From Thermoprotei archaeon (GTDB lineage: Archaea; Thermoproteota; Thermoprotei; Thermoproteales; B15-G16): DNA of 64,000 nucleotides. Positions 1-8,924 of the stretch are shown here, in pieces (the first letter of the stretch is position 1; every line of letters starts with the position of its first letter). Below the pieces are notes generated by a model. It ran no database searches. It was given only the letters and a program-made list of their open reading frames with translations, and was not told the origin of the DNA. Location of the stretch: the NCBI GenBank assembly GCA_003649205.1, contig QMRC01000001.1, forward strand, positions 1 to 64,000. Direction: 5' to 3'. The position numbers and the translations under genes are program-made.

Positions 1-734
1 CTCCTTAACTCACGAATTCTCCTTCTAAGAGAATCTAGGTCAAGTTCACCCTCATAGTAACGCAGAACAAGCTCGAGCAATCTACGTTTCATAGGATGCA
101 CGGAGTACGCTACGAGATCTCTAATTATCTCTCTTCTCTCAAATGAAGTACCGGCTAGGTACACACTATAGTAGGTCTTCCACCCTCTCGAGACCTTTGA
201 TCTATCTACCTTAATGTAGTAGTTTATAGAGTGCTCTCGAAGCAGCTTTGTAAAGTCTTTAAGTAATCCCTCATCACAGGTTACGAGAAATCGAATCTTA
301 ACGCTATTACTCACCTCTATTCCTCCTTCTGCCTCAAGGCTGCGAATAAGATATCTCACGATCAGTTTTCCCCTCTTTCTCGTGAGGTCAAATACCCACT
401 CTGGTATTCTCTTAGCCCAAAGACGTCCAACATGTTGTTCACCATATGTCGTTGTCACGAGGAATCCGAAGTCTCGTGGTAATCTAAGTTGGTAGAAGTA
501 AGCTTCCCTCCCCTCCATATGGTATACAAACCTTCTCATGTCAGTATCTGGAAGTTTGGATGCATAATTCGTGAACAGAACCTCTATCCACTGTGCACTA
601 AATACGTTAGTAGTCCCAAATTCTAGGCAAAGCTTGTTACCTATTAACCCTCTATACGTCAAATCCGTCACCAGCAACGCCTGCAGTTCAATCAAGATGT
701 CAGCGTATTTTTGCAACAAGTCAACAAACTTCAA
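1..734 (-). CDS. LAGLIDADG homing-endonuclease-like protein (two-motif type), 3' end runs off the window
   Basis: Not in the ORF track. Manual translation from TTG at 734 is open to position 1: MKFVDLLQKYADILIELQALLVTDLTY...KRIPEWVFDL...RYLIRSLEAEGGI...HPMKRRLLE. It shows a degenerate motif 1 (ALLVTDL), the KRIPEW linker, motif 2 (SLEAEGG) and an HPxK tail typical of LAGLIDADG/intein-type endonucleases. Confidence 0.7.
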   Translation of the reverse strand, partial: MKFVDLLQKYADILIELQALLVTDLTYRGLIGNKLCLEFGTTNVFSAQWIEVLFTNYASKLPDTDMRRFVYHMEGREAYFYQLRLPRDFGFLVTTTYGEQHVGRLWAKRIPEWVFDLTRKRGKLIVRYLIRSLEAEGGIEVSNSVKIRFLVTCDEGLLKDFTKLLREHSINYYIKVDRSKVSRGWKTYYSVYLAGTSFERREIIRDLVAYSVHPMKRRLLELVLRYYEGELDLDSLRRRIRELR

Positions 735-761
735 ACCTCGACCCCCGCAAATTCCCTGTTA

Positions 762-801
762 CTTAAGCTGGGTGTAAAAAATCCGCGGTACCCAACTTAA
801 G
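762..801. repeat. Imperfect inverted repeat between the divergent LAGLIDADG ORF and tRNA-half promoters
   Basis: cttaagctgggt (762-773) and acccaacttaag (790-801) are 11/12 complementary. Confidence 0.6.
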
Positions 802-850
802 ACACTATTTAGGGACCCCCTTTCGATTTGAGAACGATCCCTAGAACGAG

Positions 851-866
851 GAAAAAGGTTAAAAAC
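851..866 (+). promoter_or_regulatory. Putative BRE/TATA promoter for the tRNA-Leu 3' half
   Basis: gaaaaaggTTAAAAAc lies about 27-30 nt upstream of the GC-rich leader at 893. Confidence 0.55.
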
Positions 867-912
867 TGAGAAGAAAAGACGAAGTCCAGAAAGCGGCCCC
901 GCCCCGCCGCAG

Positions 913-965
913 TTAGGACCCGCTGGCGTAGGCCTGCGTGGGTTCAAATCCCACCCCCCGCACCA
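913..965 (+). tRNA. tRNA-Leu(TAG) 3' half only (position 33 to CCA), preceded by a GC-rich leader at 893-912
   Basis: T-TAG-GA-CCCGC-TGGCGTAGGCCT-GCGTGGG-TTCAAAT-CCCAC-CCCCCGC-A-CCA gives anticodon, long variable arm, T arm and acceptor strand of an archaeal tRNA-Leu. No 5' half is found in the 890 nt upstream or immediately downstream. Confidence 0.85.
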
Positions 966-1019
966 ATTTCATACCTCCTCTCTACCCAGTAACGTACTTA
1001 GACTTGTAATTCCTGTCTG

Positions 1020-1610
1020 TTGATGAGTATGTTAAGACATCTGCTCATTCGTGCTCTAGCTAGCTTCATTGGTTTCTGCATGATTCTCTATGCATTTAGT
1101 TCTCAGTACGTTGTTGCTCTGACTCTCGGTTCTCTTCTGTATGCTCGGGGTTTGTTACTGAGGTTACGAGGTGTGCATCTAGGTCGTGTACAGAGGATTG
1201 TGCTTAGGGTACTTTGTTTTGTTGGTGTAGTGACCTCTGTACTAGCTACCTTAGGTTTTCTCACTGAGAATAGTTCTCTTAGTTGTGATGTATCCTGTCT
1301 GTGCTTCTGCGGGTACCCTCAGTATCACTGCTACTCCACGGCTATGGTATTGAGGGTTGTACCCTCCACCACCTTAGCTACTAGGTTACCTAGTATCGAG
1401 TTCCCTAAGGTAGGGATATCCCTCATTACGTTACCTCTAGTGATCTTCTCACTCGGCAGTATCGCTACCATCTTCACTCCCGCTCGCTACCTTCCTCTAG
1501 CGAAGGCCATCCTCCATGGTTTACCTACTCTCTTTGTGTTAGTAGAGACAAATACGTTCCTACCACTGATTTTGTGCTGCTTCGTGCTGTATTCATTACT
1601 ACCTCCTTAA
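1020..1610 (+). CDS. Hypothetical multi-pass membrane protein
   Basis: 196 aa with several hydrophobic segments and a Cys cluster; no recognised family. Confidence 0.5.
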   Translation: MMSMLRHLLIRALASFIGFCMILYAFSSQYVVALTLGSLLYARGLLLRLRGVHLGRVQRIVLRVLCFVGVVTSVLATLGFLTENSSLSCDVSCLCFCGYPQYHCYSTAMVLRVVPSTTLATRLPSIEFPKVGISLITLPLVIFSLGSIATIFTPARYLPLAKAILHGLPTLFVLVETNTFLPLILCCFVLYSLLPP

Positions 1611-1697
1611 TCATTGTCTTCTTACTCATTACGATCCATTAACGGGTAACGAATATCGCCTTGAAGGCACTATTATCGTCTAGATAGCAGTTCCTAG

Positions 1698-2966
1698 CTA
1701 CGAGCCTCCTCTCATAGTACGGACTATGTACAGTGCGGTCACTGCAAAGGGTACTACTGCAGCTAGTGTAGTGAGGATTAGCATGTAGAGTACGTCATCA
1801 ATGTACTTTTCCTTGATGTACTCCTTCCTCTGGATTATTGATGACTTCTGAGTGCTCACTACTTTGTGCTGTTGAGTGATACCTTTGCTCGTTATCGTGG
1901 TTTCTTGCTGAATTTGTTTCTGCGTTTTGGTAGGTGATTTGTTGAGTTTTTCTTGACTTACCTTGGTGTTTCTCTCAACTACTTTACCTAGTGTGGTTGG
2001 TGTAATTGATCTCCAGAGGTACTTTGTGGGTGGTCTAGCTAGTGTGAGTGTTACTGTAGTTTCATTAGTTGGTAATTCCTTGAGAGACATTAGGACTAAA
2101 CTACTGGTTATGTATGGTACTGTCGTTACCCTAGTGGTTACGTTACTTAATCTCCACCTCATTACTGCTACTATCGTAGTGGGTATTCTTGGAATTTCTG
2201 TAGTGAGGTTTATGGGCATCTTCACTACCTGAACTCTGGTGTGTGCTGTGAGTGGTATTGAGGATATTGTGATCCATAGCGTGGGTATGTACTTGATCGT
2301 GACTTCTCTACCACCTACGTACTTGAGGTGAATCATTATTTCGTAATTTGTCCAATTTAGTGATGTGGCTATGTCCTCAACGTCCCTACCGAGTAATTTC
2401 TTAAGTTTCTCTCTGAGTTCCTTGAGCAAGTGTGTCAATGCTGTTGCATTTACCTGTATCTGAATACTCAATCTCTTTCTTGGGTACTCTGTGATTGGTA
2501 TTAGCTTGACGCGTATGGTTAAGTCACTTGTTACGTTAAGCAGCAGTACCTGTAACTCGATTCCTGGGGTGTAGTGAATGGTGAAGTTACCTGCTCTATA
2601 GCTACTTCCTACAGGGATAACACTACCTATTTTCAGTGTCTTTACAGATGTGGTTTGGGTAGGTGTTTTTGCCTCGTATTTCAGTACCGTAAGTTCGTAC
2701 ATTCCGGTGGGTAGTGCTGCTGCTACTACAGGGTATTTCGAAGCTACTTGAAGTACGTATTCTCTCCACGATGGTGGGTACTTGGTATTAGCTAAGTCTC
2801 TAATTAGTACGATGTATGTACCTGTGGTATTTCCTTCCTCAATTACTATGTGAATCGTGTAGTAGGTACTTTGTTCTCTCACTAAGCTGTATGTATGGGG
2901 AGTTGTTGTTAGTAGTAGTGTCATGACTAGGACTAGGACTATGGTTCTGTACCTCAAATCCATCAC
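1698..2966 (-). CDS. Secreted, membrane-anchored Thr-rich surface protein
   Basis: N-terminal signal-like hydrophobic stretch, T/Q-rich linker, C-terminal TM helix followed by basic residues. Confidence 0.65.
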   Translation of the reverse strand: MMDLRYRTIVLVLVMTLLLTTTPHTYSLVREQSTYYTIHIVIEEGNTTGTYIVLIRDLANTKYPPSWREYVLQVASKYPVVAAALPTGMYELTVLKYEAKTPTQTTSVKTLKIGSVIPVGSSYRAGNFTIHYTPGIELQVLLLNVTSDLTIRVKLIPITEYPRKRLSIQIQVNATALTHLLKELREKLKKLLGRDVEDIATSLNWTNYEIMIHLKYVGGREVTIKYIPTLWITISSIPLTAHTRVQVVKMPINLTTEIPRIPTTIVAVMRWRLSNVTTRVTTVPYITSSLVLMSLKELPTNETTVTLTLARPPTKYLWRSITPTTLGKVVERNTKVSQEKLNKSPTKTQKQIQQETTITSKGITQQHKVVSTQKSSIIQRKEYIKEKYIDDVLYMLILTTLAAVVPFAVTALYIVRTMRGGS

Positions 2967-3023
2967 CTACTTCGATCTTCATATCTTGTCTCTCGTCAAG
3001 ATTTATATACTCGACCTAGTTTA

Positions 3024-3461
3024 GTGCATTTGGTGGGTATGAGTACTGTAGATAAGAGGTATTTGGAGCTACTGGATAGAGCACTTAGGATGTTACCACC
3101 TAGGACATCTAGTGGAAGGAGATTGGAGGGTATTCAACTTAAGGTGATTGTTGCTGGTAAGAGAACTATGATACAGAACTTCAAGGAGCTGTGCTCAATA
3201 CTAAATAGAGAGCCCTCACATGTAGCTAGGTTTCTACTTAGAGAACTCGCAGCTCCGGGCCACATCGAAGGTGATTCACTCATTATTCAGGGTGAATTCC
3301 CTAGACAGAGACTTATCGACATCTTGACTAGATACATTAAGAACTACGTGATCTGTCCTGTTTGTCAGGCGCCTGACACGATATTGGTTAAGGAGAAGAG
3401 AATGGTGTTCATGGTCTGTACTGCTTGTGGTGCTAAGAGCTCCGTAAAGCCTATGGCATAG
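3024..3461 (+). CDS. eif2b: Translation initiation factor aIF2 beta (likely start ATG 3039)
   Basis: YLELLDRA N-terminus, NFKELCSILNREPSH, CPVC...CTACGA zinc ribbon. Confidence 0.95.
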   Translation: MHLVGMSTVDKRYLELLDRALRMLPPRTSSGRRLEGIQLKVIVAGKRTMIQNFKELCSILNREPSHVARFLLRELAAPGHIEGDSLIIQGEFPRQRLIDILTRYIKNYVICPVCQAPDTILVKEKRMVFMVCTACGAKSSVKPMA

Positions 3462-3469
3462 GCGATTCT

Positions 3470-3781
3470 ATGGAGAGGAGGTTCTACGCAAAACTGCATA
3501 CCACAGGTGGGTACACGATACTAGCTGTCTGTGATAAGGATCTACTCGGTAAGAAGATTATTGATACGAAGAGGAAGTTAGTTGTGTACGTTGATCCTAG
3601 GTTCTATGGTGGTGAGGAGATAACCGAGTCTCAGCTCCTAAGGTTGATTGAGGAGGTTGATGTGGTTAATGCACTCGGTAGAGATACAGTAAACGTTATA
3701 CTGAGTAGGTATCCTCAGTACCGTGAGGCAATTATCTTGATCGGTGATGTACCGCACATACAGATCCTGAGGTTGGAGTAG
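3470..3781 (+). CDS. DUF424 family protein
   Basis: LAVCDKDLLGK...FYGGE...IGDVPHIQ; usual neighbour of NMD3/aIF2beta. Confidence 0.85.
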   Translation: MERRFYAKLHTTGGYTILAVCDKDLLGKKIIDTKRKLVVYVDPRFYGGEEITESQLLRLIEEVDVVNALGRDTVNVILSRYPQYREAIILIGDVPHIQILRLE

Positions 3782-4888
3782 ATGAGTACTGAGAGGTTCT
3801 GTGCTCTTTGCAATAAGACAGGTGTGAAGCTCATTGAGAATCTATGTGAGGAGTGCTATAGGAAGCTTCACCCACTAATTGAGGTTAGAGAAAAGGTGCT
3901 TAGAGTTCCGGTCTGTCGTGAATGCTTGAGCTATGTGTTTAGAGGTAGGTGGACTAAGGTCAAGTACTATAGATCTAGCGAGGAATTTCTACAGGAGGTC
4001 ATTAGTAAGTTCTTGGATCGTGCCATTCAGATTCGTGGAGAAGCTAAGGAGGTTAGGTTCACGGTAGAGAATCCTGAAGTACTTGACCTAAGTGATTTAT
4101 CTCACGTAGCTATTGATGTCATTGTCCAGGTACTTGGTAGGGTTCACCCAGCTATGGACTATTACTGGGAATCTGCTAGGTTTAAGCTACAGATAGTTCC
4201 TGAGATATGTCCAGTATGTCGTGCGGTAGCTCTAAAGAGGGAGAGAGCAATACTACAGATACGAGCAAAGGATAGAGCTTTAACAGCTGATGAAAAGAAG
4301 GAAATACTTAGTATAGTGAGTAGCTTTGTACAGCAACTTCTCAGGAGGGATAGAGAGGCTAGAATTGTTGAGGTTAGAGAGTCAGAGAACTACATCGACA
4401 TAATCTTCCCATCAGCTAGCGTCGTTCGTTCAGTAGCACATAACCTCCGTAAGCACTTTGTATGTGAGGTTCTTGAGACGCAGAAGGTGGTTGGTATGAG
4501 TAGTAGTGGTAGACCTGTGACAAAGGTTACTGTTAGGGTACTACTTCCTCCATTTAGAGAAGGTGATGTCGTAGTTGATAGAGGTAGTAGAGTACTGTAC
4601 GTGGTCTCTATACATGGGAGGAAGGTCAAGGCTCTAGATCTTGAGAGGCTAGATGTGGTGTCTCTTAGTAGAGATGAAGCTATGAACGTCACTAGAGTAG
4701 TCTCTAGAGAGAGCTTTAGCAAGGGCCTAGTGCTATCTGTTCAAGGTGCTTACGCTCAGGTACTCAGATATAGTGACTACAGGACCGTAGAGGTAGCTAT
4801 TTCTCGAAGTGATGTAGTTGAGCCGAAGAAGGAAGTACTTCTCGTGGAGGTAAACGGTAAGACATATATCATACCTCAGGTACTCTGA
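3782..4888 (+). CDS. nmd3: NMD3 family ribosome biogenesis protein
   Basis: Four CxxC pairs (CALC, CEEC, CREC, CPVC) and AILQIR motif. Confidence 0.9.
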   Translation: MSTERFCALCNKTGVKLIENLCEECYRKLHPLIEVREKVLRVPVCRECLSYVFRGRWTKVKYYRSSEEFLQEVISKFLDRAIQIRGEAKEVRFTVENPEVLDLSDLSHVAIDVIVQVLGRVHPAMDYYWESARFKLQIVPEICPVCRAVALKRERAILQIRAKDRALTADEKKEILSIVSSFVQQLLRRDREARIVEVRESENYIDIIFPSASVVRSVAHNLRKHFVCEVLETQKVVGMSSSGRPVTKVTVRVLLPPFREGDVVVDRGSRVLYVVSIHGRKVKALDLERLDVVSLSRDEAMNVTRVVSRESFSKGLVLSVQGAYAQVLRYSDYRTVEVAISRSDVVEPKKEVLLVEVNGKTYIIPQVL

Positions 4889-4905
4889 GCCTAGGTGGTG
4901 TCTTC

Positions 4906-5214
4906 ATGAGTGAAGTTAGGAGAATTAGGTTACCAGCTGAAGGTGAGATGCTGGGTAAGGTAATTCAGCTAGTTGGTGATGATAGAGCTAGAGTGTTCTG
5001 TGCAGATGGTAAGGTCAGAGTATGTAGGATACCAGGTAGGTACAGGAAGAGGATGTGGGTTAGAGAAGGGGATATTGTGCTAGTAGTCCCATGGGATTTC
5101 CAGCCAAATAGAGCAGATATTGTGCATAAGTACGAGAAGAACGAAGTTGATGAACTTAGGAAAGCAGGGTTCAGTGAAGTTTTAGATAAGCTTGAGAGGG
5201 AAGAGATAATCTAG
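4906..5214 (+). CDS. eif1a: Translation initiation factor aIF1A
   Basis: CADGKVRVCRIPGRYRKRMWVREGDIVLVVPWDFQ. Confidence 0.97.
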   Translation: MSEVRRIRLPAEGEMLGKVIQLVGDDRARVFCADGKVRVCRIPGRYRKRMWVREGDIVLVVPWDFQPNRADIVHKYEKNEVDELRKAGFSEVLDKLEREEII

Positions 5215-5218
5215 AGCC

Positions 5219-6025
5219 CTACTCTTCACTCTCACCAGCTTCCTCAAGGATCTCTCGATAGATCTCCTCTACATCGACATCGCTGAGGCCTAACTTCGTG
5301 AAAAATCTAGTTATGTTGGTGATGTCTCTCTTTAGAAACTCCTTAGCCAATGGGTGGTTGTTCTTGACAGCCGATCCCCAGTCAATGATTACTAGTTCGG
5401 TACCTGTATTCAGTACATTGTACTCGGATAGATCTGCGTGAACAATACCTCCATTGACATAAGCCTTCTTGACGTAGTCAATTATTGTCCAGTAGGCTTT
5501 CTCAATGTCTTCAGGAGGATAATCCTTAATCAGTGGAGCAGGGACTCCCCGTTTATCACCAAGCGATATGAACTCCATGACAAGAATATTCTCTAGAACG
5601 GCAACTGGTTTGGGAACACGAACACCTGCTTCATAAGCTAGCTTGAGATTTCTAAACTCCTTACTACACCAAGCACAGATTAGTTTCCTTGGATTTCTCT
5701 TAAGATCTTCAAACCTTGGATCACCCTCAATGTACTTGTACCTACCCTTAATGAAGTCAGCAGTCTCAACATAGAATATCTTGATAGCTAGATCCTCGCC
5801 ATTCGGTCCAATACCCCAAAAGACCTTGGCCTCCTTACCTTGAGCAACAGCACCACGAAGCTCCTTAATGATTCCCTTCCTCATTAACTTCTGAACATTG
5901 AGTAGGGTTCTGTGGTCAAATACTTCCTCAATAGCTTTGAATAAGTCCTCGTCCTTAATCTTGATCAGTCTCTTATCTACCTTAGTTCTCTCATAGTACT
6001 CAACCTCCCTGTCAATACCACTCAT
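5219..6025 (-). CDS. rio1: RIO1 atypical kinase
   Basis: GKEAKVF, WCSKEFRNL, IVHADLSEYN, IIDWG motifs. Confidence 0.95.
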   Translation of the reverse strand: MSGIDREVEYYERTKVDKRLIKIKDEDLFKAIEEVFDHRTLLNVQKLMRKGIIKELRGAVAQGKEAKVFWGIGPNGEDLAIKIFYVETADFIKGRYKYIEGDPRFEDLKRNPRKLICAWCSKEFRNLKLAYEAGVRVPKPVAVLENILVMEFISLGDKRGVPAPLIKDYPPEDIEKAYWTIIDYVKKAYVNGGIVHADLSEYNVLNTGTELVIIDWGSAVKNNHPLAKEFLKRDITNITRFFTKLGLSDVDVEEIYREILEEAGESEE

Positions 6026-6114
6026 ACCTCCTCACCCATAAATTTGCTATACGACTAATAGTTAGTATCGTTTTTAAACTCTCTTCAATGCTAGGTTAGT
6101 GGGTGTGGTAAGTA

Positions 6115-6747
6115 ATGTCAATGCCATTAACAGGTAGGATAGTTATTAACATACCCAAGGACAGGATTGGTGTCTTGATAGGTCCTGATGGAGTTACCAA
6201 GAGGAGAATTGAGAGGGAATTCCACGTAAAGCTCACAGTAAATAGTGAAACCGGTGAAGTAGCAATTGAACCTACTGAAGGTTGTTCACTACCTGACATA
6301 CTGAAGGCTAGAAAGGTCGTAGAGGCTATTGGCTACGGTTTCAATCCAGATATTGCTCTGAAGCTAAGGGAGGACGATGTATATCTCGAGGTTATTGACC
6401 TCAAGGAGTACTTCAGGAGGAGAGAGGACTTAGTTCGTGTTAAGGCTAGGATAATAGGTACTGAGGGTAAGGCTAGGAGAATGATTGAGGAGTTATCTAA
6501 TGCCCACATAGTCATCGGTGATAGGTACGTAGCTATACTCGGTACATATGAACAGGTGAGAATGGCTAGAGATGCTGTTATGAGACTCATTTCAGGCGCT
6601 CAGCACAGGACAGTATATGCTAGATTGAGGAGAATGAGAAGAGAACTCAAGAGACAGAAGTTCTGGGAAATGCTTGAGAAAGCTAAGGAAGCTGAGCTTT
6701 CCGAAGGCTTAGAGGAAGGAGAGAGCTTTGAAGAATCTGGTAGCTAA
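6115..6747 (+). CDS. KH-domain rRNA processing protein Dim2/Pno1
   Basis: RIGVLIGPDG and RIIGTEGKAR KH GxxG motifs; GAQHRTVY. Confidence 0.92.
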   Translation: MSMPLTGRIVINIPKDRIGVLIGPDGVTKRRIEREFHVKLTVNSETGEVAIEPTEGCSLPDILKARKVVEAIGYGFNPDIALKLREDDVYLEVIDLKEYFRRREDLVRVKARIIGTEGKARRMIEELSNAHIVIGDRYVAILGTYEQVRMARDAVMRLISGAQHRTVYARLRRMRRELKRQKFWEMLEKAKEAELSEGLEEGESFEESGS

Positions 6748-8708
6748 ATTCTCTCTAACTTCTCCAATCCAAGGATATCGAACACTATTCCCAACACCTT
6801 CTTAAACACGTACACTAGGCCAAGTCTAAAGATTCTCTGTGGTTCACTAGCCTGTAGAACAGGCACCCTCTCATAAAATGTATTAAATGTGAGACACAAC
6901 GAATTAGCGTAGTCAGCTATTACATCAACACGTAGGCTCCTCTCTGCTTCAGCAACAACATCTGGAAACTGACACAATTTGACAATTAATTCTCTCTCAC
7001 TAGGATCCATGCTCTCAGGAACCTGAATCGACTCGAGATCAGGTATTGACTCTACTCTCCTAAGTATGCCACATGCCCTAGCATAGCTATACTGAAGGAA
7101 TGGTCCACTATTCCTTGAGAAGTCTAGTACCTTACTCCAGTCAAAGGTAACGACCTTACTAGGTGAAACACATACGAATGCATAGCGTAGAGCTGCCTTA
7201 GCTACAGCTCTAGCAATGTTCTCCTTCTCACTATTGCTCAGATGTGGTTGTCTCTTATTGACTTCAGCAAGGCACCTCCTACGTAGCTCGTTAACGACCT
7301 CGTCCAAGGTCACATATCTACCTCTCCTACCTGACATCCGTATACCAGGTAATTGAACAAATTCATATGAGTAGTGAATTGTGTTCTTTGCATAATCACT
7401 GTAACCTAGTGCGTGAAGTAGGATTTTGAGATGCAGTTGTGCTAATCTCTGTTCACTAGATATGACGTTGATTACCTTATCAACACCGAACTTCCTGAAC
7501 TTCCACATCGTGTAGACAACATCTCTTGTTACGTAGAGTGTAGTGCCATCTCTCCTAGTTAACGTGACATCAGGTACCTCGCTCTCATCACTTATACCGA
7601 GTACCTTACTAACACCACTACACTTTAGGTACTCACTAGCTCTGAAGGTGAGTGCACCGTTCTTTACAACAGCAAAGGGTAGAGATGCCAACTTCTTAAC
7701 TACATCACGAACAGCACCAGACCAAACAGCAATATCACTCTCCCAATCCCATGAATCAAATTCAATACCTATCTCAGCTAATGTCTCCTTAAAACCTCTT
7801 AGACAGAGTTCACAGATCGACCTAACAAGCTTAACAGCTTCAGGATCACCAGCCTCATACCTCCTGTTGATCTCCATTATGGACGCTTCTGGATTAGGAT
7901 CAGACTTAATCAACTCCGTCAATCTATCAAATACATGAGGTAGCTTCTCCCTAAGCTCACCAGCAACCCCTAACCAGTCATCCAACTCCTTCAGAGTGAG
8001 CCTGTACTCATCCTCCTTACCCAAGTTCTTAAGTTCCTCAAGTTTCTTCTTCAGCTTAAGTAGCTCGACAATGCAGTTAACAGCAGCGTACACAAAACCA
8101 ACGTAGTGATCAGGTTTCCAACCTTCAGGTACCTCAAGTGATCCAAGTAACTTAAACCCATAAGCAACATAAGCAACCTGAAGACCACAATCATTAACGT
8201 AGAAGTGTCTCCTAACCTCATGACCACAGAACTTAAGTAACCTAGCTAATGTATCACCGAGAACAGCATTTCTCCCATGACCGAGATGAAGTGGGTGAAT
8301 AGGATTAGCACTAGTGTGCTCAATCAGTATCTTCATAGGCTTCAAATCAAGAGGCTTACCAAATGAATCACCGAGATCACGAACTAACTTAAAGAGCAAC
8401 CTAGCTATCTCACGCTCGTTAACCCAGATATTGAGGAAACCACGAACAAACTCAACAGACCTAACAAACCTAACTCTACCTTTCTTCGCACATTCCTCAA
8501 AGAACTCAACAAATTCTCTACCCAAATCATCGACAGAGCAATTACAAGCTCGAGCAACAGGGTGAAGAGGAATACAGAGATCACCCATACCCGGAGGAGC
8601 AATCTTGAACACTATAGGGTAATCAGAAGTGCCAAACCTAGACCTAGTAAACTCACGAAGAAGATCAACAACCTCGCTCCTCACCAAATCAAGAGGATAC
8701 CCACCCAC
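6744..8708 (-). CDS. argS: Arginine--tRNA ligase
   Basis: EHTSANPIHPLHLGHGRN (HIGH), RMSGRRG, LQYSYARACGIL. Confidence 0.97.
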   Translation of the reverse strand: MGGYPLDLVRSEVVDLLREFTRSRFGTSDYPIVFKIAPPGMGDLCIPLHPVARACNCSVDDLGREFVEFFEECAKKGRVRFVRSVEFVRGFLNIWVNEREIARLLFKLVRDLGDSFGKPLDLKPMKILIEHTSANPIHPLHLGHGRNAVLGDTLARLLKFCGHEVRRHFYVNDCGLQVAYVAYGFKLLGSLEVPEGWKPDHYVGFVYAAVNCIVELLKLKKKLEELKNLGKEDEYRLTLKELDDWLGVAGELREKLPHVFDRLTELIKSDPNPEASIMEINRRYEAGDPEAVKLVRSICELCLRGFKETLAEIGIEFDSWDWESDIAVWSGAVRDVVKKLASLPFAVVKNGALTFRASEYLKCSGVSKVLGISDESEVPDVTLTRRDGTTLYVTRDVVYTMWKFRKFGVDKVINVISSEQRLAQLHLKILLHALGYSDYAKNTIHYSYEFVQLPGIRMSGRRGRYVTLDEVVNELRRRCLAEVNKRQPHLSNSEKENIARAVAKAALRYAFVCVSPSKVVTFDWSKVLDFSRNSGPFLQYSYARACGILRRVESIPDLESIQVPESMDPSERELIVKLCQFPDVVAEAERSLRVDVIADYANSLCLTFNTFYERVPVLQASEPQRIFRLGLVYVFKKVLGIVFDILGLEKLERI

Positions 8709-8837
8709 TCAAATCACCGACCAAATATGGTGAAGAAAAAGCAACTAAAACTTAACCCCAACACCAGCAAAGACAGTATACAGGTAGAGAACTTGCAAAG
8801 TATAAAAATCGGTAAGGTGACGTAATAGTAGCGATGA

Positions 8838-8914
8838 GGCCCCGTCGTCTAGCCAGGAAGGATGCGGGTCTGCGGAACCCGTGGGCCCGGGTTCAAATCC
8901 CGGCGGGGCCGCCA
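8838..8914 (+). tRNA. tRNA-Arg(GCG), intronless, CCA encoded
   Basis: Full cloverleaf GGCCCCG...CGGGT-CT-GCG-GA-ACCCG...TTCAAAT...CGGGGCC-G-CCA; upstream TATA (gtataaaa); divergent from argS. Confidence 0.95.
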
Positions 8915-8924
8915 ATAAATCCTC

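Noticed and set aside
571-947. ORF-track calls 571..777(+) and 759..947(-)
   Set aside because: They shadow the LAGLIDADG ORF and the tRNA half; no integrase-like sequence in the frames I read through the tRNA fragment.
893-1020. Permuted tRNA-Leu (5' half downstream of the 3' half), or an intact gene with a short intron
   Set aside because: The sequence after CCA is pyrimidine-rich with no D arm, and upstream of the leader there is no acceptor or D arm.
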